Assembly: GCA_024278835.1 (NCBI GenBank)
Contig: JAJRSK010000025.1
Location: forward strand, 41,907 to 105,906
DNA length: 64,000 nucleotides
Direction: 5' to 3'
From: Campylobacterales bacterium
Lineage (GTDB): Bacteria > Campylobacterota > Campylobacteria > Campylobacterales > QNZT01
Positions within the stretch are counted from its first letter, which is position 1. The number at the start of each line of letters is the position of its first letter. The notes beneath the pieces are model-generated. The model made no database searches and was not told the DNA's origin. It worked only from the letters and a program-made list of their open reading frames with translations. A program made the translations under genes and the position numbers. Positions 49,104 through 58,442 of the stretch are shown here, piece after piece.

Positions 49104-49144
49104 GTCAACAACAAGTTGACAAACATATGCCGATGTAGTATAAT
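49104..49144 (+). promoter_or_regulatory. Consensus sigma-70 promoter with an overlapping palindromic operator for the RHH/RelE-like operon
   Basis: TTGACA (49116..49121), 17-nt spacer, TATAAT (49139..49144). The palindrome GTCAAC-AACAA-GTTGAC (49104..49120) overlaps the -35 element. Confidence 0.6.
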
Positions 49145-49173
49145 GTATCTACAAATATACACAAAGGCATACA

Positions 49174-49404
49174 ATGAAAAAAGCTATCAATATACGACTT
49201 GACGAATCCCTGCTTGGTGATTTGGATAATTATGCCAAAGAACTTGACAGAACAAGAACTTACATCATAGAAAAAGCAGTTACTGCATACTTCGATACAC
49301 TCGATGAAATGATAGCCGACCAAAGAATCGATGAGATTAAAAATGGCAATTCCACCCCAGTTTCACTCGAAGAGGTTTTTCAAAAAGCAGGTTTGAGTGT
49401 ATAA
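49174..49404 (+). CDS. Ribbon-helix-helix antitoxin (RelB/ParD/CopG-like)
   Basis: KKAINIRLDESLLGDLDNYAKE... RHH pattern. Overlaps the toxin start. Confidence 0.7.
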   Translation: MKKAINIRLDESLLGDLDNYAKELDRTRTYIIEKAVTAYFDTLDEMIADQRIDEIKNGNSTPVSLEEVFQKAGLSV

Positions 49405-49648
49405 AGTAGCATTTGATAAACATGCTCAAAAAGAGTTTTTAAAACTTGAAAAATCGGCACAAGAGCTAGTCTCTACAAAGATACTAGAATTACAAGATTG
49501 CATTTTTAAAAACGATAAAACACTCCAAGGAAAACACAAAGGAAAGTACCGAAAAAGAGCGGGAAATTATCGTATCATCTATCTTAAGGAAAACAAAATT
49601 GTGCTTATCACTATCATCCGAATCGCACATAGAAAAGAGGTTTATTAG
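49397..49648 (+). CDS. RelE/ParE-family toxin
   Basis: GTG start. C-terminal YRKRAGNYRIIYLKENKIVLITIIRIAHRKEVY. Confidence 0.75.
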   Translation: MYKVAFDKHAQKEFLKLEKSAQELVSTKILELQDCIFKNDKTLQGKHKGKYRKRAGNYRIIYLKENKIVLITIIRIAHRKEVY

Positions 49649-51812
49649 CCACAACCTGCCCCAACGCCACTCCTCCGTCATTTGGTGGTATCTCATTTGG
49701 AAATATCGCGTCAGGAATCTTCTCTAAAATCAGCTCTACCAAAACCCTATTTTGAAACACACCGCCACTTAGCACGAGGAGTAGATCATACTCGCCTGCT
49801 ATGGCTATGATGATTTCGACGATGGTGTTGAAAAACTTTGAGATTGCCTCTTTGGGTTTGTCGTTTACTATATCTTCTATCATAGGTAAAAAGTCTATCT
49901 CATCATCGTAGATGGCTATGGGGTAGCTTTCGGTGATGTTTTTATCGTACATCTCTTCTAACAACATACCGCTCTCGCCCTCGAAACTCATCTCTTGACA
50001 AATGCCTGTGAGTGAAGCGACGGCATCGAAGAGTCTGCCCATGGATGAGCTTAGTGGGGCGTTGAGTCCTTTTTGCCATGCTTTGTAGTGGATTGCGAGT
50101 TCCTTTTGGCTAAAGGCTTTTGTGGTGGGGTTTTGTATCTGCAACACTTTTTCGCTATAGAGATCAAACAGCAGACTCAAAGCGACACGACGAGGCTCTT
50201 TTATCGCTCTGGCTCCGCCTAAAAGTCTAAAAGGTTTTAGATGGGCTACCCTTTCATACCCTGTATAATCACAAACCAAAAACTCCCCACCCCACAGTGT
50301 GCCGTCATCGCCATATCCTGTGCCGTCAAATGCCACGCCAAGCACCTTCTCTTTTATCCCTTTTTCAGCCATGACGCTTAGTATATGTGCGTAGTGGTGT
50401 TGTATCTCTTTGATGTTTGTGAAGTTGGCTTTGGCGTATTTGGTCGATTCATAGTTTGGGTGTTTGTCGCAGGCTACGATATCGGGTGTAAATGCATAGA
50501 CTCTCTTTAGTATCTCTATATTTTTCTCAAAATACCCCACCGACTCTATCGTATCGAGGTCGCCGATATGAGGGGAGAGTATGACATGGTTATCAAATCC
50601 TATGGCGATTGTATTTTTTTGATTTGCTCCAAGGGCTAATACTTTTTTATCGAGTTTAAAGGGAAGTTTTATCGCACTAGGGGCGTATCCTCTGGCACGG
50701 CGTATCATGATAGTCTGGTTTTTGACCACCATCGTGACACTATCATCGCAACCATTGACTATCTCTCTATCGTGGTCAAGTAAAGCATCATAAACACCCT
50801 CTAATTTTTGCATCGATTCTAAATTGGTGGCAATGGGCTCGTCGGTGACATTGGCACTGGTTGCGACTAAGGGTCTGTTACATTTTTCCAACACAAGTAG
50901 ATGCAGTGGTGTGTAGGGTAGGAAAATGCCGATTTTTGAGATATGTGGAGCGACATATTTTGAGAGGGTGTTTGGTTTTGCTTGTAAAAGGACGATGGGG
51001 CGTTTGTTGGAGGTGAGGAGTGTTTGCTCTTTAGGGTTGATTTTGGCTAACTTTTTCGCTTCTTCTAATGTTTTTACCATGATAGCAAAGGGTTTGCTCG
51101 GGCGATGTTTTCTCTCTCTTAAAAGTTTCACAGCTTCATCATTTGTCGCATCGCAGAGCAGATGATAACCCCCTACCCCTTTGAGTGCCAGAATCTTCCC
51201 CTCTTCTAAGATTTTGACGGCTTCATCGATACGCATGTTCGTTGTAGGACCACACTCCCAGCACCCTATGGGTTGGGCATGGTAACGGCGATTTGTCGGG
51301 TCGTGGTACTCTTTCTCACAAGCGTTACACATCTTAAACTTATCCATGGAGGTGTTTTCTCTATCATAGGGAAGGGTTTTGATGATAGAGTATCGTACAC
51401 CACAATTTGTGCAAGTGATAAAAGGGTAGAGATAGCGTCTGTTATCTTTGTCAAAAAGCTCTCTTTGGCACGCTTGGCAGATGGAGATATCTGGAGGGAT
51501 GAGAGTGTTTGTCTTATCATGATAACTGCTTTGGATAATCATAAAAGCATCAAATGATTTTTTCTCAATCTCTTCTATCATGATAGACTCTATGCAAGAG
51601 AGTGGTGGCGCATCTGACTCTATCTCTTTGACAAATCTCTCTAAAGTTTTTTTATCACTATCTATCATGATAAGCACCCCCAAAGAGTCGTTGCTTACCT
51701 CGCCTTTGAGTTGATACTTTGTCGCTAGATTGTAGATAAAGGGGCGAAACCCCACCCCTTGTACCACGCCCGTGATACGAATCTTATAAGTAGTTTGCTC
51801 CATAGACGACAC
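49614..51812 (-). CDS. hypF: Carbamoyltransferase HypF
   Basis: Acylphosphatase domain (GVVQGVGFRPF), two Zn-finger pairs (CQAC...CTNCG; CNAC...CWECG), and YrdC-like and Kae1-like domains. Confidence 0.9.
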   Translation of the reverse strand: MSSMEQTTYKIRITGVVQGVGFRPFIYNLATKYQLKGEVSNDSLGVLIMIDSDKKTLERFVKEIESDAPPLSCIESIMIEEIEKKSFDAFMIIQSSYHDKTNTLIPPDISICQACQRELFDKDNRRYLYPFITCTNCGVRYSIIKTLPYDRENTSMDKFKMCNACEKEYHDPTNRRYHAQPIGCWECGPTTNMRIDEAVKILEEGKILALKGVGGYHLLCDATNDEAVKLLRERKHRPSKPFAIMVKTLEEAKKLAKINPKEQTLLTSNKRPIVLLQAKPNTLSKYVAPHISKIGIFLPYTPLHLLVLEKCNRPLVATSANVTDEPIATNLESMQKLEGVYDALLDHDREIVNGCDDSVTMVVKNQTIMIRRARGYAPSAIKLPFKLDKKVLALGANQKNTIAIGFDNHVILSPHIGDLDTIESVGYFEKNIEILKRVYAFTPDIVACDKHPNYESTKYAKANFTNIKEIQHHYAHILSVMAEKGIKEKVLGVAFDGTGYGDDGTLWGGEFLVCDYTGYERVAHLKPFRLLGGARAIKEPRRVALSLLFDLYSEKVLQIQNPTTKAFSQKELAIHYKAWQKGLNAPLSSSMGRLFDAVASLTGICQEMSFEGESGMLLEEMYDKNITESYPIAIYDDEIDFLPMIEDIVNDKPKEAISKFFNTIVEIIIAIAGEYDLLLVLSGGVFQNRVLVELILEKIPDAIFPNEIPPNDGGVALGQVVANKPLFYVRFG

Positions 51813-53706
51813 TCTCTTTTCCTATCGGGTAGGATTTATTTAAGAGTGGATTTCTCACTCTCATATTTCGCTCTATTCTACCCCAAAGTGACTGATTGGC
51901 AAATGTCGCACCTGAGAGTGTCAGCGTCGTGGCTTTTGTCTTGTCACTTAGTTGGGTAACGATATCAGCGATATAATCTCCAAAACTCTCATAGATGCTA
52001 TAACAGAGGATTGGATTTTGGGCACCACTAAGTTTAAAGCTCATCAGCGAAGCCAAAAAGGCATAATCATTGAAACGATTATCCTTGACTTTCGTATCGA
52101 TAAGCATACCCCCTTTACCCAAGAAACTTAACGCTTCAGAAGAGATACCATCAAAACTCTCATCTTCCAAACCTATCATGATAGCCACCACTTCAAAGAT
52201 ATCCACTTCGCCGCTTAGATTGTCTAATCTTTTGTACCTGTCTGGATATTTTGCTTTAAAGTTCTCTACCAATCTATCCGAACCCTCTCGAAGCTTGGAA
52301 ATATTTTCAAAAAGATTTTGGGTATCAAAGCTATTGGGTGGCACGACATCGATGACCTCTTTTTTGTTGTAGTACAAAAAGTGCAGACGACTATCAAAAT
52401 GCACACCGATAGCAGTCTCGCCCAATTTATCATGCTCAGCTAATACAGATAACATGGCTGCTTTAAACGCTGGAAATCTTTTCTGATTTTCGATAGTGAG
52501 TGTGATGTTTTCACGCTCCTCAATATAAACTTCCGTCGTCAAAATCTCTGAAAATCTATCCACACTATCGATAATTCGCCTACCATCGACCATCACAGAT
52601 GCTCTACCATCAGCGATAGCGACACGGTTTTTATCATTTTCTAACAGCGTAGGAAAGATAGCTCTCTCACCAGATTGTAAAAGTTTTGTATCTTGATTGA
52701 TAAAGAGTTTAAAATCCTCTTGAGGCTTGATAGGGATATCAAAATCAATCAAAAAATCCGCCTCTTCATCCTCATCACACTCCTCATAACTCAGATATGA
52801 AACACCCGCATTGCTAAGCTCTTTTGCCAATAACATACTCATCCCATCATCAGGATACTTAACCCATGTGCTACTGCCATAGAGGGCTTTTATCTCATCG
52901 CTCTTGGTGGCGACTCTCACAAGCGGTCGTTCGATACTCAAAAGTGCATTGAACTCTTGGGTAACCATCATCAGGTGCTTGTTTAAACTCGCAACTTCAG
53001 TCACCATCATGATAGAGTTTTTTAAGAGATTTTCTGGCTTTGGTACAAAAAACTTACGATACCCATGTGTGGTTTGCATCAATACTGTTTTACCTTTTGC
53101 GATAGCCCTTGCTGCCACTTCAAAAAGGGTGCGATAACTTCCTTTGTCATTGGCATATCTCTCAGATTTTTTATCGACCATCTTGATAGCGATACCACAC
53201 TCTATACAAGAGATAAGTGGAAAATCTTTTCGTAAAGGATTGCTCTTTAGCTCCTCTTGACAACGCTCACATGGCACCAAAAACTTCATACTTGAATTTT
53301 CACGAAGCATAGGATGCTTCTCTAAAAATGTATGCTGACTGCCACAAGCATTACAAGAGGTAAAAGGATAATAATAGCGTCGGCTACTAACATCAAACAT
53401 CTCTTTTTGACAAGTAGGACATAAGGAGATGTCGATAGGCAAGTCATTTTCCAAGAGTGGCTCAAATGCTGGTTTTTCATCTGTGATTTGATGTGAACTT
53501 CCAGACAAGTAGATAGAAGCTGGCAAAGCAGACTCAAGGGCAAGAAGATAACGCTCTATATGTTCATCCTCTTCATCCATTATCATGATAAGCTTCTCTT
53601 TACTATGACCTAGCTCTAACTTGACACCATGCTCTTGTGCCAAAGCTTTGATAATAGTTGCGATATACGCCTTGTTGCTCTTAAAATCTAAAGTAAATAT
53701 AAACAT
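51784..53706 (-). CDS. HypF-like paralog (Zn-finger region retained, catalytic domains degenerate); possible HydE-type accessory protein
   Basis: CPTC...CNACG and CERC...CIECG spacing matches HypF. The N-terminal acylphosphatase motif and the YrdC/Kae1 signatures are not recognisable. Confidence 0.5.
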   Translation of the reverse strand: MFIFTLDFKSNKAYIATIIKALAQEHGVKLELGHSKEKLIMIMDEEDEHIERYLLALESALPASIYLSGSSHQITDEKPAFEPLLENDLPIDISLCPTCQKEMFDVSSRRYYYPFTSCNACGSQHTFLEKHPMLRENSSMKFLVPCERCQEELKSNPLRKDFPLISCIECGIAIKMVDKKSERYANDKGSYRTLFEVAARAIAKGKTVLMQTTHGYRKFFVPKPENLLKNSIMMVTEVASLNKHLMMVTQEFNALLSIERPLVRVATKSDEIKALYGSSTWVKYPDDGMSMLLAKELSNAGVSYLSYEECDEDEEADFLIDFDIPIKPQEDFKLFINQDTKLLQSGERAIFPTLLENDKNRVAIADGRASVMVDGRRIIDSVDRFSEILTTEVYIEERENITLTIENQKRFPAFKAAMLSVLAEHDKLGETAIGVHFDSRLHFLYYNKKEVIDVVPPNSFDTQNLFENISKLREGSDRLVENFKAKYPDRYKRLDNLSGEVDIFEVVAIMIGLEDESFDGISSEALSFLGKGGMLIDTKVKDNRFNDYAFLASLMSFKLSGAQNPILCYSIYESFGDYIADIVTQLSDKTKATTLTLSGATFANQSLWGRIERNMRVRNPLLNKSYPIGKESVVYGANYL

Positions 53707-53714
53707 CGACTTCC

Positions 53715-54275
53715 TTATAAATTTCGGTGGTCATGTGTCGCCATCGTGGGGTTGGCAAAATCTTCTATAATCTCCTCTAGTGAGACTTTAGAAGACTTTG
53801 ACTCTACTTGTATATCATGATAGGCTAAGACTTCTATGATTTTATCCACAAGAGAAGGGAAAGCATCTTTAACAACCTCAGTTAAATTGGCATCTACTGG
53901 GAGTATATCATCAGGTTTCATCGATACGATATCCACCTCAGCCATAGCATCATCTAAAAATGAACAGATTTCTAACATCATCAAAAGTTCTACTTCATTA
54001 GGGCTTTGTCTAGTATTTCCAAGGCTCATCATCTCTTCTACTGAAAAATGCGACACAGCACCAGAACTCTCTCCAACAGAAGTGGTACTAACAAGCAAGA
54101 CATAGTCATACTCTTGGAAATAGGGCATTAGGCTAAAACCAAATGTCCCGCCATCCATAACATCTACATTTTTGGGAAGTATGAAGTTCTTTTCTATATA
54201 GCTGGTAGCATAGACACCTAGTCCGTCATCATTAAACATGATGTTTCCTATCCCAATGAGTGCAACTCTCTTCAC
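53715..54275 (-). CDS. hydD: Hydrogenase maturation endopeptidase HydD
   Basis: GTG start. ALIGIGNIMFNDDGLGVY pattern. Follows hydC. Confidence 0.8.
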   Translation of the reverse strand: MKRVALIGIGNIMFNDDGLGVYATSYIEKNFILPKNVDVMDGGTFGFSLMPYFQEYDYVLLVSTTSVGESSGAVSHFSVEEMMSLGNTRQSPNEVELLMMLEICSFLDDAMAEVDIVSMKPDDILPVDANLTEVVKDAFPSLVDKIIEVLAYHDIQVESKSSKVSLEEIIEDFANPTMATHDHRNL

Positions 54276-54366
54276 ACATAACCTCTTTTTACATATTTAC
54301 TAAAGGAGGAAAATACTAAAAAATAGAGCTCTTGCTAGCACCACATCTTAATACTTTCAAAACATT

Positions 54367-54390
54367 GTGCTGATGTCATACCATCAGCAC
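54367..54390 (-). terminator. Hairpin (possible attenuator/terminator) between hydC and hydD
   Basis: GTGCTGATG-TCATAC-CATCAGCAC, followed on the minus strand by AAUGUUUUG. Confidence 0.4.
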
Positions 54391-54418
54391 AACTTACTTT
54401 ATGAACTGATTTTACACA

Positions 54419-54443
54419 CTATAATGAGCAAAGCCCATTATAG
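54419..54443. repeat. Intergenic hairpin repeat, copy C (opposite orientation)
   Basis: On the minus strand, CTATAATG-GGCTTTGCT-CATTATAG: the same loop as copies A and B with a third stem sequence. Confidence 0.5.
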
Positions 54444-54522
54444 CGGCAGGGACAAAATGTCCCTACGACCCCCTAAAGCTACGAAAAGTAGTACTTTTCG
54501 AGAAAATAGTGTGTAACAACAG

Positions 54523-55269
54523 TTATAACTTCTTTTTAGAATCCTCTTTGACAAACTTACTACCACCTACAACGATAGCGATATCACCCTCTTTCCAAAA
54601 GATAGTTCTCCATACTTGATAATAGATATGAAAAGCCACCCAAGTGATGATAAACCACATCGTATAGTGATGTACGATACGCACATCCATGATGTTTGTT
54701 CCTGTTGCTGTTGAACCAACCAATGATGAACTCACAGGCAATGTCCAATCCGTCACCGCATGCAACATCCAAGGCCACCAAGTACCGATGCTACTCTCTC
54801 CACTAGCTAATCCATGCACATAAAGTTGAAGCCCTGTAAAAAGCATCCAAGCAAGGAGCAGATGAAAAATCGTAAAATAGACCGTATTGAAACTATCTGC
54901 ATGTGAAGAGTCAAAGTTCTTTCTACGATTTAGCGTGATTAGATTTAAGAGAACTTCAAAAAACTCTTTTATATTTGTTGGCGTTGGCAATATCTTTTTC
55001 CACGGCTGTTCAAAACGCGAGAAAAAGAAGAGATACGCCACGATGATAGAAGTCACATCAAAGATAATAGCCACGATAAAGTGCCCCCATCTATTCCATG
55101 CCATCACATATTTATCCACCGCACCCTCAGCTATCAATGTCTGATAGTAAGGCGCTGCGATATAGAGTCCTGTGATAACTGCTACAATCATAGAGATAAC
55201 ATTGACCCAGTGGATGATACGCATCGCACCGGTCATTCTCTCTACTTTTTTATATCCTTTAGTATCCAT
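54523..55269 (-). CDS. hydC: [NiFe]-hydrogenase b-type cytochrome subunit
   Basis: 4-TM protein with conserved His ligands, directly downstream of the large subunit. Confidence 0.85.
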   Translation of the reverse strand: MDTKGYKKVERMTGAMRIIHWVNVISMIVAVITGLYIAAPYYQTLIAEGAVDKYVMAWNRWGHFIVAIIFDVTSIIVAYLFFFSRFEQPWKKILPTPTNIKEFFEVLLNLITLNRRKNFDSSHADSFNTVYFTIFHLLLAWMLFTGLQLYVHGLASGESSIGTWWPWMLHAVTDWTLPVSSSLVGSTATGTNIMDVRIVHHYTMWFIITWVAFHIYYQVWRTIFWKEGDIAIVVGGSKFVKEDSKKKL

Positions 55270-55278
55270 GATAGACTC

Positions 55279-57159
55279 CTAAAAAGTACAAGTAGGGTCA
55301 ACTTTATAAACAGCTAACTCCTTACCTTTGGTATCTACCACGTGCACAGCACAGGCGATACATGGATCAAAACTATGTACTGTTCTGATGATTTCTAGTG
55401 GCTCTTCTGGGTTTGCAACAACTGTTCCGATAATCGCTGCTTCATACGCCCCTACTTCACCATTTGGTCCACGAGGTCCTGCATTCCAAGTAGAAGGAAC
55501 GATAGCTTGGTAGTTAGAAACAAGACCATCCTTGACTCTTACCCAGTGACCAAGTGCACCACGAGGCGCTTCTGCAAGTCCACGACCTTTACAATCAGCA
55601 GAAACAGCATCAAAATCAAACTCAGTCCAAGTACTTAAATCTCCACCAGCTGCATTTGCCGCCAACTCATCTACCCACTCAACCATTATATCACCCATCA
55701 TCTCCGTTTCGATAGCGCGAGCTGCTGTTCTACCAACCGTTGAAAATAGTACAGTCAAAGGCAGACCTGAACTCTCAAGGAAGTTACCAGCATATTTTTT
55801 TATTCTCTCATCACCAGCAACATATCCAACGACGATACGCGCAAGAGGCCCAACCTCTACTTTTTGACCATCATAAAGAGGTGATTTAATCCAAGAATAT
55901 TTCTCATCTGTTTTCAGATAAGCATAACCATCATCTTTTTTATCAAGTCCTGTATATTTAGGAATTGTTGTACCATCATAAGGATGTTCAGGTGCACCTG
56001 TTCCTTCATACCAAGAGTGTGTCACATCTTCTGTGATTTTTGACTCATCAAGTTCATGCACTTTAGTGATATCTCCACCAAGCACTAAACCTCTTCCAAA
56101 CAGTGTTTTTGCCTTATAAAAACCAGTATCATCTAGTCTAAAGTCACCATAAGTCATATACGAGAGGATACCACCACCAGTACCACCCACTTCTTTACCA
56201 AGTGCGCCTTTGTGACTTGATGCATGAAAAGTTGCTGCACCATCTGTTGCCTCTGCTTTATACATCGTACCAGCCATATAGACATCTGGAAGATATGCAC
56301 CTTTGATAAACTCATTTGTCTCTTTGAGTAGTTGTTTAAAGAGTGCTATTCTTGCAGGATTTTGGATATCTTGTACACATGTGACACCACCAACAACGAT
56401 AGATTGTGGATGTGGATTTTTACCACCAAAGATTGCTTGCATCTTTGCCATCTCTCTTTGAACATCAAGTGCTTTAAGATAATGTGCTACACCGATAAGG
56501 TTTTGTTCTGGTGTTAGTTTATAGTTGTTGTTACCCCAGTAACCATTTCCAAAGATACCAAGTCTTCCCTCTTTAGCAAACTTAACAACCCTATCTTGAA
56601 TCGCTTTAAAATCTGCCTCAGCCGAGATATATGGCTTATGCCCTGCCACCTTAGCCCATTTAACTGCTTCAGCTGCTGTTTTAGCAGGATCTGCTTTTGT
56701 CGCTGAAAGGATATCAACAAAGTCAAGTGCATGAAGATGATAAAAGTGTACCAAGTGATCATGCACATACAATGCACCCTGAATCAAGTTTCTTACGATT
56801 CTTGCATTTTTAGGGATAGTGATATTAAAAGCATCTTCTACTGCTTCGATACTTCTTTGGTAGTGAGTACCAGTACAAACACCACAGATTCGCATCGTCA
56901 TCAAACCGACATCTCTAGGATCTCTGTTTTTAACGATAGTCTCAATCCCTCTAAACATCGTAGAAGAAGAGAATGCATCGACAATTTTATTATTTTCGTC
57001 GATAACTGCTTCGATACGAAGATGCCCTTCGATACGCGTGATTGGATCTACGATGATATGCTTTTTCCCACTGCTATCCGCCTTGTGAAAGTTTCCATCT
57101 GCACCATGTGCTTGCTCTTTTGTTGCTTCTACTGCTTGTGTTGTATTGTTTTCACTCAT
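55279..57159 (-). CDS. hydB: Membrane-bound uptake [NiFe]-hydrogenase large subunit
   Basis: N-terminal RICGVCTGTH. C-terminal DPCIACAVH followed by a cleavable extension (VVDTKGKELAVYKVDPTCTF). Confidence 0.95.
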   Translation of the reverse strand: MSENNTTQAVEATKEQAHGADGNFHKADSSGKKHIIVDPITRIEGHLRIEAVIDENNKIVDAFSSSTMFRGIETIVKNRDPRDVGLMTMRICGVCTGTHYQRSIEAVEDAFNITIPKNARIVRNLIQGALYVHDHLVHFYHLHALDFVDILSATKADPAKTAAEAVKWAKVAGHKPYISAEADFKAIQDRVVKFAKEGRLGIFGNGYWGNNNYKLTPEQNLIGVAHYLKALDVQREMAKMQAIFGGKNPHPQSIVVGGVTCVQDIQNPARIALFKQLLKETNEFIKGAYLPDVYMAGTMYKAEATDGAATFHASSHKGALGKEVGGTGGGILSYMTYGDFRLDDTGFYKAKTLFGRGLVLGGDITKVHELDESKITEDVTHSWYEGTGAPEHPYDGTTIPKYTGLDKKDDGYAYLKTDEKYSWIKSPLYDGQKVEVGPLARIVVGYVAGDERIKKYAGNFLESSGLPLTVLFSTVGRTAARAIETEMMGDIMVEWVDELAANAAGGDLSTWTEFDFDAVSADCKGRGLAEAPRGALGHWVRVKDGLVSNYQAIVPSTWNAGPRGPNGEVGAYEAAIIGTVVANPEEPLEIIRTVHSFDPCIACAVHVVDTKGKELAVYKVDPTCTF

Positions 57160-57160
57160 T

Positions 57161-58405
57161 TTACGCCTCCTCTTCTTCTACATGACTTTTTTTACCAGCT
57201 ACGATACTTGCTGCTGCATGGATACCGATACCGATACCCGCTGCGGTTAAGAGTCCTAAACCAAACTCATCAACTGTTTTTTCGACACCACCCGTAGGTG
57301 CTTTGATATTGGCATTTGCCATCGGTCTCTCATAGGCATATTTGTCCCAAAAATCAGGCTCAGAACAACCGATACAACCTCGTCCTACACCGATAGGCCA
57401 GTTAACCCCTTCGTTATAACGGACAATTGAGCAGTTATTAAATGTCATAGGACCTTTACAACCCATCTTATAAAGACAGAAATTGTTTTTCGCACCTTCA
57501 TCGCCCCACTCTTCTACAAATTCACCCGCATCAAAGTGTGCTCTTCTTTCACAGTTGTCATGGATTCTATACCCAAATGCAAACTTAGGACGAAGTAGTG
57601 AGTCAAGTTCAGGTACTTGACCAGTAAGAACAAAGTGTAAAATCACACCCACCATATTGGATGGATTGGCAGGACAAGCTGGTATATTGATAAGTGGTTT
57701 GCCTTGAACGATGTCCATCACACCAACAGCGTCTGTTGGATTTGGAGCAGCAGCAGGGATACCACCATAAGTCGCACAACTTCCAACAGCCACAACAGCC
57801 GCTGCATCTTTTGCTACTCTCTCAAGATGATCTTTAAATGTTTCAGCTTTTGCACCGATAGTTCCAAACTGCCCATCTATACCCAATGGAATCGCACCTT
57901 CAACAAAAAGGAGATACTTCCCTTTAAAGTGTTCTATCGCCTCTTCCATCTGCTTTTCTGCTTGGTGTCCAGAAGCGGCTTGTAGTGTTTCGTGAAACTC
58001 TAGTGAGATGATGTCAAGAACGATTTCATCAATCTTTGGTCCATCACTTCTTAGTAGTGCTTCAGAGTTTCCAGCACAATCAGAAAGCTCCATCCATATC
58101 ACAGGCACACGATTCATCAATACAGCCGCTTCTGCGACAAGTGGAGAGAAAGAAGCAGGTAGCATCAACATCGCTGTTGTTGCAGAGACCCACTTTAAAA
58201 AATCACGACGATCAAGACCCTCATCGGAAATCGCTTGTTTAAAATCGATTCTGTTGTTCATCACAGGAAGTGCTTTTAATTCATCAAGTCTCGCTCTACA
58301 CTGTGCATAAAGCGCATCATAATACGCCTCACCTCTGTTGGTATCTACTTTTGCACTCTGAGAGGTGAAAAGTTTTTTAACTGATTCAAACCGCTTATCG
58401 CTCAT
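57161..58405 (-). CDS. hydA: Membrane-bound uptake [NiFe]-hydrogenase small subunit (Tat-exported)
   Basis: RRDFLKW twin-arginine motif, Fe-S Cys ligands and a C-terminal TM anchor. Strong AAGGAG Shine-Dalgarno sequence. Confidence 0.95.
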   Translation of the reverse strand: MSDKRFESVKKLFTSQSAKVDTNRGEAYYDALYAQCRARLDELKALPVMNNRIDFKQAISDEGLDRRDFLKWVSATTAMLMLPASFSPLVAEAAVLMNRVPVIWMELSDCAGNSEALLRSDGPKIDEIVLDIISLEFHETLQAASGHQAEKQMEEAIEHFKGKYLLFVEGAIPLGIDGQFGTIGAKAETFKDHLERVAKDAAAVVAVGSCATYGGIPAAAPNPTDAVGVMDIVQGKPLINIPACPANPSNMVGVILHFVLTGQVPELDSLLRPKFAFGYRIHDNCERRAHFDAGEFVEEWGDEGAKNNFCLYKMGCKGPMTFNNCSIVRYNEGVNWPIGVGRGCIGCSEPDFWDKYAYERPMANANIKAPTGGVEKTVDEFGLGLLTAAGIGIGIHAAASIVAGKKSHVEEEEA

Positions 58406-58428
58406 GAAACGCTCCTTGTTTTTATAAA

Positions 58429-58442
58429 TGAATAATCATTCA
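58429..58442. promoter_or_regulatory. Fur-box-like element upstream of hydA
   Basis: TGAATAATCATTCA contains the ATAATCATT core of the Fur consensus GATAATGATAATCATTATC. It lies about 25 nt upstream of the hydA start. Confidence 0.3.

Noticed and set aside
49105-49323. 72-aa minus-strand ORF overlapping the RHH antitoxin gene and the promoter region.
   Set aside because: It overlaps a well-supported antitoxin CDS and two consensus promoters. It has no Shine-Dalgarno sequence and a Cys/Phe-rich nonsense-like sequence.
56731-57297. Long antisense or 'shadow' ORFs inside well-supported genes. Examples: 764..976, 1863..2252, 6580..7011, 16691..17137, 24885..25259, 27360..27776, 30143..30589, 43783..44166, 56731..57297.
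   Set aside because: Each lies entirely within, and opposite or out of frame to, a gene with clear family motifs. Their translations are low-complexity and show no recognisable domains or Shine-Dalgarno sequences.
57161-58405. The unusually long (about 95-aa) N-terminal region of HydA before the signal cleavage site as a mis-called start.
   Set aside because: The upstream ATG has a strong AAGGAG Shine-Dalgarno sequence, while the internal Met has none. To my recollection, long Tat leaders are normal for epsilonproteobacterial HydA.
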